In this document: piece after piece, positions 1 through 9,352 of the stretch
Layout of the letters: each line of letters starts with the position of its first letter
Position numbering within the stretch: position 1 is the stretch's first letter
Made by a program: the position numbers and the translations under genes
The notes under the pieces: generated by a model
The model's input: only the letters and a program-made list of their open reading frames with translations
Databases searched by the model: none
Told to the model about the DNA's origin: nothing
Assembly (NCBI GenBank): GCA_002778785.1
Contig: PEZS01000010.1
Coordinates: 120,671-184,670 of the forward strand
From: Bdellovibrionales bacterium CG10_big_fil_rev_8_21_14_0_10_45_34
Lineage (GTDB): Bacteria; Bdellovibrionota; Bdellovibrionia; Bdellovibrionales; 1-14-0-10-45-34
Direction: 5' to 3'
Length of the DNA: 64,000 nt

Positions 1-851
1 CTTAGAGCCTGAAGCGCAGCAGCTGCGCTCGCAGGTGCCAATGCGGCGGAAAACATAAAAGTGCGGGCTTTGTGACGCAACCATTCGATAACCTCTGAAG
101 AAGCACAGATGAAGCCCCCTTGGCTAGCAAGAGATTTTGAGAATGTTCCCATGATGATGTCTGCAGGTAGGCCAAAGTTTGCTGCCGTACCCTTGCCTTT
201 TGGACCTACAACGCCAAGCCCGTGAGCATCGTCGACGTAAGTCCTTGCATTGTACTTTTTGGCCAACTCATGAATCTTATTGTAGGGAGCTAGGCGGCCA
301 GTCATGCTAAACACGCCATCCGTGATGATCAGCTTTCCCGCTTCAAGCGGTAGGGCTTGTAACTTTTCTTCTAAATCGGCCATGTTCAGGTGGTCGAACA
401 CGATGATTTTCGAGCGAGTCAGCTTGCATCCTTCAATGATACAAGCATGGTTCTCTGAGTCGCTGAGTATGTAATCATCTCGCCCAACGAAAGAAGAAAT
501 AGCACCTTCATTGGCCATATAGCCTGATGCGAAAACGAGAGCATCGTCGGTTCCATAAAACGACGCTAACTCCGACTCAAGTTCTTCATGAAGCGCGAGG
601 TTTCCGTTGAGGAATCGAGAACCCGTGCAACCCGTTCCCCAAGTTTGAAGTGCTTGGGTCGCTGCAGAAATCACTCTTGGATCGTGGGTAAGGCCCAGGT
701 AGTTGTTGGATCCCATCATGACAAGTTCGGCACCTTGATAATGGATATTGTTTCCTTTGCTGCCGTCAATTCTTCTGAAGAACGGATAAAGATCCGCCTG
801 TTTAAGAATTCGAACTAAGCCCAAGCCTTTTGTTTTTTCAAATAAATCCAT
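1..851 (-). CDS. PLP-dependent alpha-oxoamine synthase, serine palmitoyltransferase-like (3' end runs off the window start)
   Basis: Absent from the ORF track because no stop lies in the window. The minus frame is open from ATG 851..849 to position 1 (283 codons). Translation: MDLFEKTKGL..MGSNNYLGL..GSRFLNG..DDAHGLGVVG..GTFSKSLASQGGF. The PLP-lysine SKS and GSRxLNG motifs are typical of bacterial SPT rather than Kbl/BioF. Confidence 0.85.
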   Translation of the reverse strand, partial: MDLFEKTKGLGLVRILKQADLYPFFRRIDGSKGNNIHYQGAELVMMGSNNYLGLTHDPRVISAATQALQTWGTGCTGSRFLNGNLALHEELESELASFYGTDDALVFASGYMANEGAISSFVGRDDYILSDSENHACIIEGCKLTRSKIIVFDHLNMADLEEKLQALPLEAGKLIITDGVFSMTGRLAPYNKIHELAKKYNARTYVDDAHGLGVVGPKGKGTAANFGLPADIIMGTFSKSLASQGGFICASSEVIEWLRHKARTFMFSAALAPASAAAALQAL

Positions 852-900
852 ACAGGAGAGTCCTCGCAAAACTTCATGTTAGGGCCAATTGAGTTCAGAC

Positions 901-2010
901 TCAACTTGAAATTGGTTCTAGATTGGGTCCACCTTTGTAGATTCGGTAGACCTTATTGTGCTTACCGCCCATAGCCTTTGAGAGTTCTTTCATTGGCCCA
1001 TTATTAGAGAGAACCCAGCTTATTTCTGCGCTTATATATCCACACTCGTAACCTCGTAGGGCCATATCGCGTGTCAGTAAGCTTCCTATGCCGAGCCCGT
1101 GATGGCTTTTTAACACACCCAAGGCGTATCCTCGGGCCTCACTGATTTGATTTCTTTTCGTTAGAAAGTTCCAAAGAAGCCTTGGCCCTAATCCGCCGCG
1201 AGAAGTTTTTATCAGTCTGTTGTAGTTGGGAAGCATTATTAGACATCCCACTTCTTTGCCGTCCTTTATAGCAAAAGACACAACGCGAGGATCGACGAAA
1301 AATTTAAGTAGAGACACCATTTCATTGACTTGGTCTTGCAGGAATTCTTCAAAGCCCCAATTGTTAGATAGTGCGTCGTTAAAGATGCGAGCAATCCGAT
1401 AAGCTTCAGCGCGCAGTTCTTTCTTATCGAGGCATCGAATGCTTACCCCGCTGCTCGTTGCAAGCTCTGAGTTTTCTCGAATGGCTTCAGAAGCGACTAT
1501 CGAAGCGCCGTTTTCAACTTGATAGGTAAATAGATCCATCGCCGGCCCTAAACCTGCAGATTTCAGTAGATGATCGTACTCTGGAGGATTGTACGACATT
1601 AAAAAGAACGGATCTCTATCAAAACCTTCAACTAGTACCCCGACGTAAGGATCTTCAACGCGAAAATGAAAGGGACCCATCACCTCATATTCCGGAAAAG
1701 CTTTTCGCCCCGCATTTATAAGTGCCGCACTGACGTCGGTGCGATCTGGCCGACACTCAAAGAATCCAAAATGGAGTCGCTCTAAACCATTTTTCTTGTG
1801 GATCTTAAATCCTATTCGGCCGAGCAGTCCCGTGTCGTCATAGGCGAAGAAAAGCTTCCTATTGTTTGAATCTAGATTGCCCAACATAGAGCGAACGTGA
1901 AGTTTGAGGGGATGAACATATTTCGGGTAGACTTTTGGGTCATATATCGCTTTTGGTACATCGAGAAACTTCTTAAGCTCGCTTCGTCTTTTTACTTCGA
2001 CGAGATTCAT
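901..2010 (-). CDS. GNAT-family acyltransferase (369 aa)
   Basis: Long ORF lying 49 nt upstream of the SPT-like gene on the same strand. C-terminal acetyltransferase core motif GYALGVLKSHHGLGIGSLL (R/Q-x-x-G-x-G/A type). Family-level call only. Confidence 0.75.
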   Translation of the reverse strand: MNLVEVKRRSELKKFLDVPKAIYDPKVYPKYVHPLKLHVRSMLGNLDSNNRKLFFAYDDTGLLGRIGFKIHKKNGLERLHFGFFECRPDRTDVSAALINAGRKAFPEYEVMGPFHFRVEDPYVGVLVEGFDRDPFFLMSYNPPEYDHLLKSAGLGPAMDLFTYQVENGASIVASEAIRENSELATSSGVSIRCLDKKELRAEAYRIARIFNDALSNNWGFEEFLQDQVNEMVSLLKFFVDPRVVSFAIKDGKEVGCLIMLPNYNRLIKTSRGGLGPRLLWNFLTKRNQISEARGYALGVLKSHHGLGIGSLLTRDMALRGYECGYISAEISWVLSNNGPMKELSKAMGGKHNKVYRIYKGGPNLEPISS

Positions 2011-2236
2011 GATTCGACCCCTCTTCGCACGTCATTTCGGTTAAGAGCTATGTACCAGTGCCATATACCGTTTGGCAATAGGCCCCCACCTATAGATATA
2101 TAGTAATCGTCACAATATTCATCGCCACTAAATCGCATGGTAGTATCGACTGGCAAAAGCTAGCTCCACTTAATCCGGTAGATAATACATAACAGAGCTT
2201 TGCTCAAACAAAGATTTTATGCTTCTATAGTGGGTA

Positions 2237-2617
2237 ATGGATTTACGACATGTCAGGTTGCTCCGCGGAATTTTTGGCAAGCTTTTGTTGAAGAAGAATA
2301 TTCAACTGCAGTTACTTGTGCCTATGGCTTTGACCATCGGTTGCATGGCCCCTTTGGAAATGAGCTACGGGTCCGAAGTTAAACCCAAGCTCTACTGGAA
2401 GTGTCAAAATAAACAAGCCGTAAGAACACTGCGAATAATACAGGATCAAGAAAGCAAGGAATGGGTCCTTTTTTACACGAAAGTCGGCAAGGATTCCGAA
2501 GTCGCCCGAGGCCGCTATTATGAATTTGTCCGAAATATATTTGAAAACGTCAAAGGTAACCTGATTGAAAGCGGATGGGATTGCAGGGATATAACAGGAG
2601 CCAGCATTATCAAGTGA
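2237..2617 (+). CDS. hypothetical small exported protein or lipoprotein
   Basis: 126-aa ORF with an internal signal-like segment KKNIQLQLLVPMALTIGC, so the true start may be a downstream TTG. Its TGA overlaps an in-frame GTG (2614) of the next gene as GTGA. Confidence 0.45.
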   Translation: MDLRHVRLLRGIFGKLLLKKNIQLQLLVPMALTIGCMAPLEMSYGSEVKPKLYWKCQNKQAVRTLRIIQDQESKEWVLFYTKVGKDSEVARGRYYEFVRNIFENVKGNLIESGWDCRDITGASIIK

Positions 2618-3450
2618 AGCCGTCTTCGCCAAGCAAAGTCGAGAGACTGACTGTAGCGACAGTGCAAATGACGTCCGTCCCAGACGTTGTAAAAAACCTC
2701 AAGCAGATAGAATATACTCTGGCAAAGCTTAAACGCGAAAGTGTCGACTTAGTATGCTTTCCGGAAGTTTGTCATCAAATCAGGGAATCGAAACAGGAAC
2801 TTTTTGTTTTTGAAGAAGAGGACGTTTGGTTTACCCGCTTGAGCGAGTTGGCCCTCGAGGGAAAGTTTGCCATTCACCTTGGGTCCGTTGCTCTAAAGCA
2901 AGGCGATCAAACATTCAATTCGTCAGTATGGGTGACTGACGAAGGTAAGATCAGCTTTCCTTATCAAAAAATTCATCTTTTTGATTTAGATATTCCTGGG
3001 CAAATTACCCTCATGGAGTCTGACGTGTTTTCCCCCGGATCAACCCCGAGTACGACCGAGGTCAAGGGTTGGCACCTAGGGCTTTCCATTTGCTACGATT
3101 TACGGTTCTCGGAGCTGTATTCAAGGTATGCCGAAAAAGAAGTTGATTTAGTCATGATACCAAGCGCTTTTACAGTGCCAACTGGCGCTGCTCACTGGGA
3201 TATCTTAGTAAGAGCAAGAGCCATTGAATCTCAATGCTTTGTAGTAGCTGCCGCTCAATGTGGAAAGCATCATGCGACTCGCGCTTCTTACGGCCATAGT
3301 CTAGTTGTTGATCCCTGGGGTGAAGTCATTTGGAGAGCCTCTCAAGATCAACCTGCAGTGGGAATCTTTTCTCTGGATAGCTCGAAGATTGCAGAAGTTC
3401 GAAAACGCCTACCTATGGCTAGGCACAGACGGCTCAATTTTAGAAACTGA
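2575..3450 (+). CDS. carbon-nitrogen hydrolase (nitrilase/Nit1-like amidase)
   Basis: Motifs VATVQMTS, LVCFPE (catalytic Glu) and GLSICYDLRF (catalytic Cys). An alternative start at GTG 2614 would give a typical short N-terminus. Confidence 0.85.
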   Translation: MGLQGYNRSQHYQVKPSSPSKVERLTVATVQMTSVPDVVKNLKQIEYTLAKLKRESVDLVCFPEVCHQIRESKQELFVFEEEDVWFTRLSELALEGKFAIHLGSVALKQGDQTFNSSVWVTDEGKISFPYQKIHLFDLDIPGQITLMESDVFSPGSTPSTTEVKGWHLGLSICYDLRFSELYSRYAEKEVDLVMIPSAFTVPTGAAHWDILVRARAIESQCFVVAAAQCGKHHATRASYGHSLVVDPWGEVIWRASQDQPAVGIFSLDSSKIAEVRKRLPMARHRRLNFRN

Positions 3451-3468
3451 CCCTCCGATAAGATTAAC

Positions 3469-3888
3469 ATGAGAATGTACCTGATTTGTGTGTTAGTGAC
3501 CACGCTGTCGCCGCTGATTTCGTACTCCCAGGAGGTGTTACCTATTGCTCCAGAGCGGGGTGATGGCTGGGATAACATGGCGCCCGTATTCTTTGCTTCT
3601 TCGACGGAAAAAGAACCCTCGCTACATGACAACGAAAAGAAGGCAGAGGCAGTAGCTGGTGGCGATGAAAAACCATCCTCTGCAATAAAGAACCCACGTC
3701 AGGCCTTAAAGCAAGATTCGAAATCGAGGGCTCTTTCTTCTGTTAAAAACAAAAAGAACACGAAAAAATCGTCATCAAAAAAGCCATCAAAACTTCAAAA
3801 AAAATATGTAAAGAGTAAGCGCCTTGATAAGAAAAAAGAATCGCCTCGAGCTAGAAAGCCGGTTTCCAAGAAGGGGAGATCAAAATGA
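3469..3888 (+). CDS. hypothetical secreted protein with lysine-rich tail
   Basis: N-terminal signal peptide MRMYLICVLVTTLSPLISYSQ, followed by a K/S-rich low-complexity C-terminus. ATGA overlap with the next ORF. Confidence 0.55.
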   Translation: MRMYLICVLVTTLSPLISYSQEVLPIAPERGDGWDNMAPVFFASSTEKEPSLHDNEKKAEAVAGGDEKPSSAIKNPRQALKQDSKSRALSSVKNKKNTKKSSSKKPSKLQKKYVKSKRLDKKKESPRARKPVSKKGRSK

Positions 3889-4145
3889 AAACAGCATTCA
3901 GCTATTCTCGTTTTGTCACTTTGATGGTTCTGTTTCTCGGTATGTTGATAGTCTCGAGTTTACAAGCCGAAGAATTCCTCATAAAAGCGGAGCGGCATCC
4001 TGATGCACAGGAGAGAACATACTTGGGCGGGTCAGAAGAATCCGATCTTAAAGTTCAGGAAAGTCTCAAATCATCCGTCCGTCGTGAACCGTCATCTGAA
4101 GATGTACTAAAAGAAATCGAAGCCGAAGAAGCTCGTCGAAATTAA
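3885..4145 (+). CDS. hypothetical small secreted protein
   Basis: 86-aa ORF with signal peptide (VTLMVLFLGMLIVSSLQA), translationally coupled to the upstream ORF by an ATGA overlap. Confidence 0.5.
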   Translation: MKTAFSYSRFVTLMVLFLGMLIVSSLQAEEFLIKAERHPDAQERTYLGGSEESDLKVQESLKSSVRREPSSEDVLKEIEAEEARRN

Positions 4146-4318
4146 GCCGCGCGCACCTAAGCGCGTTACCTAACTGCTGCGATTTAGGCGCACAGAATCT
4201 CTAGATCCAGATACAGAGGACTCCTAGTAATTTAGCAAAGCTCGATTCAGTTGAATGAGTGCCTGATCCGTTGTAGCGTCGTGTTAAACCATTAATTCCG
4301 TTTCGATAGGGGAAGATT

Positions 4319-6049
4319 GTGTCTACCGAATCTGCAGATCAAAACATTCAACGTGAAGTTATGGAGGCTGATGTAGTCATCGTCGGTGGCGGTGCTGCCG
4401 GCTTGAGCGCTGCTATTAGCTTGATGGACCAAATTGCCGCACATAATGAACGGGTAAACTCTGGGAAGTCCAATGAGGCAGTGATTCAAGATCCCATGGT
4501 GATAGTGCTTGAAAAAGCCTCCGAAGTGGGAGCACACAGTTTTTCAGGGGCGGTACTTGATCCCTGTGCACTAAAAGAACTTATTCCGGATTATGTTGAG
4601 AAGGGTTGCCCGCTAGAAACACCCGTTTCAGAAGAAGCAGTCTACTATCTTGCAAAGAAAAAACACTTCAAGCTACCTGTTGTGCCCCCTCCTTTTAGAA
4701 ATGAAGGAAATTTCACGATCTCTCTGTCGAAGTTCAATCGCTGGTTGGCTTCAATTGCAGAATCCAAAGGGGTAAATATATTTCCGGGATTTGTAGCAGT
4801 GGAGGCTCTCTACGATGAGCAAGACAATGTAATTGGTGTTCAGACTGGGGACAAAGGAAGAGATAAGGACGGCAAACCGAAAGAAAATTTTGAACCAGGC
4901 CTTATCATTAAGTCCAAAGTAACTATTTTTGCCGAGGGTACGCGGGGATCGCTTTTTAAGCATGTTGCTACGAGACTGAACCTCTATGAAGGCAAGAACC
5001 CTGATGTTTACGAAGAAGGTGTTAAAGAAATCATTCAAATGCCCAAGGGCACGGTAAAGGCCGGGCAAGTGATTCATACGTTAGGTTTTCCACTAAGTAA
5101 ATCCATTGGTGGAACTTTCATTTATACTCTACCGGAGGATCGCATAGTTGTTGGGCTAGTCGGATATCTCGATACACGCGATCCGCTTTTTGACCCACAT
5201 AAAGAACTTCAGCGACTCAAAACTCATCCGTTCATCTATAAGATGATTGAGGGTGGGCAAGTAGTCGCCTATGGCGGAAAAACTCTTCCTGCCGGGGGCT
5301 GGTATTCAATGCCTAGGCTTTATCATGGCGGCATGTTGGTTTGTGGTGACTCAGCAAGTATGGTTGACGTTCAAAAGCTTAAAGGGATTCACCTGGCTAT
5401 GAAATCAGGAATGTTGGCAGCAGAGACAGCCATTGCCGCATTGGCTGCAGGCGATTACTCGCGCGGGTTTCTGTACAGTTATGAACAAAAAGTACATGCC
5501 AGCTATATAAAAAAGCAGCTCTATCGTGTTCGAAACTTTCATCAAACACTCGGCATCGGAATTTTTGAATCTATGCCCTTAATTGCATTACAAGAGATAA
5601 CAGGCGGGCGAGGATTGACAGATAAAATGGCCGCAACTGTGGATCGCAGTCACACAGAGCCGCTCGTCGAGGTATGGGGTGCTGAAGGCGCTAATAGCGA
5701 AGATGCTTTGCTTCCCAAACCTGATGGGAAGCTGTTCTTTGATAAACTTTCTTCGGTGTACTTGACGGGTACTCAGCATGACGAGAATTCGCCAAACCAT
5801 TTGAAGGTTTCTGATACGAGTGTTTGCTCAGATGTCTGTTATGAAAAGTTTCATTCTCCATGCAATCACTTTTGCCCTGCGAACGTATACGAAATGGTTC
5901 CTGTCGTGGGAGACGAAGAAAAGAAAAGGCTGCAGGTAAACTACACGAACTGCATTCACTGCCAAACGTGTGACCTTAAGTGCCCATTTGACAATATTGA
6001 CTGGACAGCCCCGGAGGGTGGTGGTGGTCCTCAGTACACAGAAACTTAA
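4319..6049 (+). CDS. electron-transfer flavoprotein-ubiquinone oxidoreductase (ETF-QO)
   Basis: GTG start. FAD fold VVIVGGGAAGLSAA and C-terminal 4Fe-4S ferredoxin-like CIHCQTCDLKCP. Length is typical of ETF-QO. Confidence 0.9.
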   Translation: MSTESADQNIQREVMEADVVIVGGGAAGLSAAISLMDQIAAHNERVNSGKSNEAVIQDPMVIVLEKASEVGAHSFSGAVLDPCALKELIPDYVEKGCPLETPVSEEAVYYLAKKKHFKLPVVPPPFRNEGNFTISLSKFNRWLASIAESKGVNIFPGFVAVEALYDEQDNVIGVQTGDKGRDKDGKPKENFEPGLIIKSKVTIFAEGTRGSLFKHVATRLNLYEGKNPDVYEEGVKEIIQMPKGTVKAGQVIHTLGFPLSKSIGGTFIYTLPEDRIVVGLVGYLDTRDPLFDPHKELQRLKTHPFIYKMIEGGQVVAYGGKTLPAGGWYSMPRLYHGGMLVCGDSASMVDVQKLKGIHLAMKSGMLAAETAIAALAAGDYSRGFLYSYEQKVHASYIKKQLYRVRNFHQTLGIGIFESMPLIALQEITGGRGLTDKMAATVDRSHTEPLVEVWGAEGANSEDALLPKPDGKLFFDKLSSVYLTGTQHDENSPNHLKVSDTSVCSDVCYEKFHSPCNHFCPANVYEMVPVVGDEEKKRLQVNYTNCIHCQTCDLKCPFDNIDWTAPEGGGGPQYTET

Positions 6050-6055
6050 TTCTTA

Positions 6056-6988
6056 GTGGGCGCAGATTTTGGTGTCATCGCTTCGCTTCTAACCGCCGTA
6101 TTGTGGGCGATTGCCGTCATTTTGTACCGTCAGGTCGGCAGATCGATGCCGCCACTCATTCTCAATCTTTCAAAGAATATATTCGCAATACTCATCTTCA
6201 TACCTGCCTACATTATTTTGGTAAAAACCAATGCAGCGGTGGGCGACTATTCGTTTGTAAGAACCGAGCTATTAGCCTTGTCCTCACGAGATTGGTTCAC
6301 CATAGCTGTTAGTGGAGTTGTGGGAGTCGCTATTGCAGAAGTTCTCTTTCTAGAGTGTCTGAATCGAGTCGGTGCTGCGATGCAGGCTATCATCGACTGC
6401 CTTTATTCTCCGAGCGTGATTTTGGCAGGATACTTAGTGCTCGGAGAGATTGCACCACCTGAAATATTTCCAGGTGTGATGGCCGTCCTAGTGGGTGTAT
6501 TTTTAGCAGGATTTGAGCCTCCACAAGGTGTCGCTATTAATAGAAGAGAAAAGACGATTGGTTTTATTCTTGGTGGTATCAGCGTCATTCTTCTTGGTTA
6601 TGCCGCGACGATGGTGAAGCCACTAACAGAAACCGCCGGTGCCATGACAGTAACTCTTGGAAGATTTTTGTTTGGCACTCTTGCGATGTTGATTTGGGTG
6701 TTACTTCGCTACGGATTCCGAGGAGTTAAAGTGGCTTTCACTCCTCAAAGAGAGTGGTACATGCTACTTCCGGGGGCTTTTTGTGGCAACGTGCTGGCCA
6801 CATTTTTTTGGATAGTTGGTTTTCACCTCACTGCGGCTGGTCGCTCGGCAATACTTAACCAGACAACAAGTATATTTATGATTGTCTTCGCGCGCGTTTT
6901 CTTGAAAGAGCCAATTACCAAACTTAGAGTTGCGGCGATGGCTATGGCAGCTTCTGGCGCTGCGTGGGTAGGGTGGTACTGGCGCTAG
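6056..6988 (+). CDS. EamA/DMT-family transporter
   Basis: 310 aa with about 10 predicted TM helices and a duplicated EamA-like architecture. Confidence 0.8.
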   Translation: MGADFGVIASLLTAVLWAIAVILYRQVGRSMPPLILNLSKNIFAILIFIPAYIILVKTNAAVGDYSFVRTELLALSSRDWFTIAVSGVVGVAIAEVLFLECLNRVGAAMQAIIDCLYSPSVILAGYLVLGEIAPPEIFPGVMAVLVGVFLAGFEPPQGVAINRREKTIGFILGGISVILLGYAATMVKPLTETAGAMTVTLGRFLFGTLAMLIWVLLRYGFRGVKVAFTPQREWYMLLPGAFCGNVLATFFWIVGFHLTAAGRSAILNQTTSIFMIVFARVFLKEPITKLRVAAMAMAASGAAWVGWYWR

Positions 6989-7160
6989 TTAGTTTTCAGT
7001 TTTCGTTAAGTGTGATAGTGATCTTGACAAAGTGTTTGCTCCTCACTGAGCAATTGCTGCTGCAAACCTTGCGCGTCGTGAGTTTTTTGAAATGGAGATT
7101 TATTTAGGAGTCATTACTTGTCAGACAAATAGAAAGATTAGCATTGATTCGGTAAAATCG

Positions 7161-7781
7161 TTATTCAATTTTCGCTGTCAAAAAGGAGAGCAGTTTCTGA
7201 GTGGCAATCGACCTATGAGATATTTGGTTTTTTTGGGCATCATCTAGTTCTGCCATGGATTTATCAAAACCTTCAGGCACAAAGACGGGATCATACCCAA
7301 AGCCGTTCCTACCGGTGGCTTTCTTTGCAATTTGGCCTTTCAGCTCTCCTACGAAGTCGTATCTTTCGCCTTTTTCGTCGATAAGGCAGAGATGGCAAAC
7401 AAATCTAGCGTCACGGTTTTGGTTTGTTCTTAGCTCCACCATCTTTAATAGCTTCGTGTAGTTCTGCAAATCGGAGGCATTCTCTCCTGCATATCGGGCA
7501 GAGTGAACTCCGGGTATATTATTTAGCCCCGAAACCTCCAAGCCAGAATCATCTGCTACAACGAGTTCGCCAGCTTTCACTTTCGATAGGGAGCGGGCTT
7601 TTATAAAGGCATTCTCTTCAAACGTCTTGCCAGTTTCCTTAGGTGCGGAATAAGCGCCGGCATCCCTTAGGGATTTCACATGAAATTGTAATGGCGCTAA
7701 AAGTCTTTCGAACTCTTTTAGCTTTCCTAAATTTGTTGTCGCAATCCAAAGTGTATTCACTTTTTCTTCCTCAGCCGACAA
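7161..7781 (-). CDS. rdgB: RdgB/HAM1 non-canonical purine NTP pyrophosphatase
   Basis: TTG start. Motifs IATTNLGKLKEF, DDSGLEV and GFGYDPVF. Confidence 0.9.
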   Translation of the reverse strand: MSAEEEKVNTLWIATTNLGKLKEFERLLAPLQFHVKSLRDAGAYSAPKETGKTFEENAFIKARSLSKVKAGELVVADDSGLEVSGLNNIPGVHSARYAGENASDLQNYTKLLKMVELRTNQNRDARFVCHLCLIDEKGERYDFVGELKGQIAKKATGRNGFGYDPVFVPEGFDKSMAELDDAQKNQISHRSIATQKLLSFLTAKIE

Positions 7782-7782
7782 G

Positions 7783-8532
7783 TTAGCTCAAACTTGGTAA
7801 TAATTTTTGAACATCAATTTTTGCATGAGTGAGTGCTTTGAGTTGGAGTTGTTGAAGTTCCATGCATCCTTTTTCGCAAAGATCTGCGATCTCATTTAAT
7901 TGTGTACGATTGATGCACTTTCTTTCGGACGTGCCTTGCACTTCCACAATTTCTTTCCTATGGGTCATCACAAGATTCACATCAGCATCCGCTTGTGAAT
8001 CTTCATAATAGTTTAAATCTAAAATCATTTGTCCCTCAAACCATCCGGCGCTAATTGCCGAAACATAACCCAGCAAAGGTGTGGTCTGAAGATTCTCTTC
8101 TTGGACGACTTTGTTAATAGCTATTACGAGCGCAATAAAACCACCCGTAATAGCAGCGGTGCGTGTCCCGCCGTCCGCCTGCAAAACATCGCAATCAACT
8201 ACAACAGATCTTTCGCCTAGTAACGAAAGATCTGTGACGGCCCTTAAAGAGCGCCCGATGAGTCTTGAAATTTCCTGAGTGCGCCCACTTGTTAAGCTCT
8301 TTTCGCGACGAAGCCGATCATGAGTTGAGCGTGGGAGCATACCGTACTCTGCGGTGACCCAACCTTTGCCGCTCCCTTGCAGCCACCTGGGTGGTTGTTC
8401 TTCAAGGCTAGCTGTGCACAGTACTCGTGTAGATCCATACTCGATGATACAGCTGCCTTCTGCATAGAGGTTGACACCTGTTTCAATTTTTACGGGGCGC
8501 ATTTGGTCGAGTTTTCTTCCGTCAATTCTCAT
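7783..8532 (-). CDS. rph: ribonuclease PH
   Basis: MRIDGRKLDQMRPVKIETGVNLYAEGSCIIEYGSTRVLCTAS...DCDVLQADGGTRTAAITG. One nucleotide separates it from rdgB, matching the classic rph-rdgB pairing. Confidence 0.95.
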   Translation of the reverse strand: MRIDGRKLDQMRPVKIETGVNLYAEGSCIIEYGSTRVLCTASLEEQPPRWLQGSGKGWVTAEYGMLPRSTHDRLRREKSLTSGRTQEISRLIGRSLRAVTDLSLLGERSVVVDCDVLQADGGTRTAAITGGFIALVIAINKVVQEENLQTTPLLGYVSAISAGWFEGQMILDLNYYEDSQADADVNLVMTHRKEIVEVQGTSERKCINRTQLNEIADLCEKGCMELQQLQLKALTHAKIDVQKLLPSLS

Positions 8533-9307
8533 CGCGTGAACTTACAACGTTCGTGGTTTTTATCCAAGAGCCGATTGCTTCGAGTATCTTTTTTGCGTTA
8601 GACCCAGCGGATTGGTCTTTAATTATGGCCTTTCGGTCCGAGGCATTTGATAGAAAACCTGCTTCCAATAAAACAGAAGGATACGAACTGCCCAATATTT
8701 GAAACTCCGCCTCTTTGGTTCGAACAGTTTGAACATCTGTGGTGCGTAGTGCTTGTTGGAGATGCTTTGCGAATTCCCGGCTTCTTAGAATCTGATTTCG
8801 CCTTTCGAGGTCTTTTAAGATAACGTCGGGAATAGACGCTTCAAACAATTCTGGCGCAGGGCTCGAGAGAGATGCCAGAAACCCCTGTCTTTGTACGCCT
8901 GTCAGTTTCTCTAATGTGAAGATCTCGGCTCCTTTGGCTCGCTCGTCATAACTACTGTTATAGTGAATGCTGATAACCAGAGATGGTTTGCGATGGTTGA
9001 CGATGCGTAGCCTCTCCTCGAGATCCATCCAGCGATCGGTATTTCGCGTAAGTTCAACAGAATACGTTTTTATCTTTTGGCGTAAATGGATTTCTTGGAT
9101 TTTGAGGGCAGTATTAAGAGCCAGCTCTGACTCCAGGAGATCGTGATAAGATGAGCCCTTGTCGGCTCCCCCATGTCCGGGATCAATTAAAATCAAAGGC
9201 CTCGGCGAGGGGAAAGTTTGCGTACCTGAAGGAAATGTCTCGAAGGCCACGAAGAAGACCGAGGCCAAAACGAGTCTCGACATTGTTGAAAGTACACGAT
9301 CACGCAT
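8522..9307 (-). CDS. N-acetylmuramoyl-L-alanine amidase (Amidase_3)
   Basis: Signal peptide followed by LILIDPGHGGADKGS and ISIHYNS motifs. Confidence 0.85.
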   Translation of the reverse strand: MRDRVLSTMSRLVLASVFFVAFETFPSGTQTFPSPRPLILIDPGHGGADKGSSYHDLLESELALNTALKIQEIHLRQKIKTYSVELTRNTDRWMDLEERLRIVNHRKPSLVISIHYNSSYDERAKGAEIFTLEKLTGVQRQGFLASLSSPAPELFEASIPDVILKDLERRNQILRSREFAKHLQQALRTTDVQTVRTKEAEFQILGSSYPSVLLEAGFLSNASDRKAIIKDQSAGSNAKKILEAIGSWIKTTNVVSSRDEN

Positions 9308-9352
9308 TCTTTCATATTAACCTACTTGGGACTGTGGTACACAAAACACCTT

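Noticed and set aside
588-818. Track ORFs lying antisense to, or out of frame within, strongly conserved genes. Examples: 588..818, 4751..5077, 17668..18066, 21670..22077, 32155..32553, 33089..33538, 33590..34042, 57504..57944.
   Set aside because: Each lies entirely inside a gene with clear family motifs (SPT-like, ETF-QO, tex, topA, fusA, SBP). Their translations are low-complexity or Trp/Cys/Arg-rich, as expected for shadow frames.
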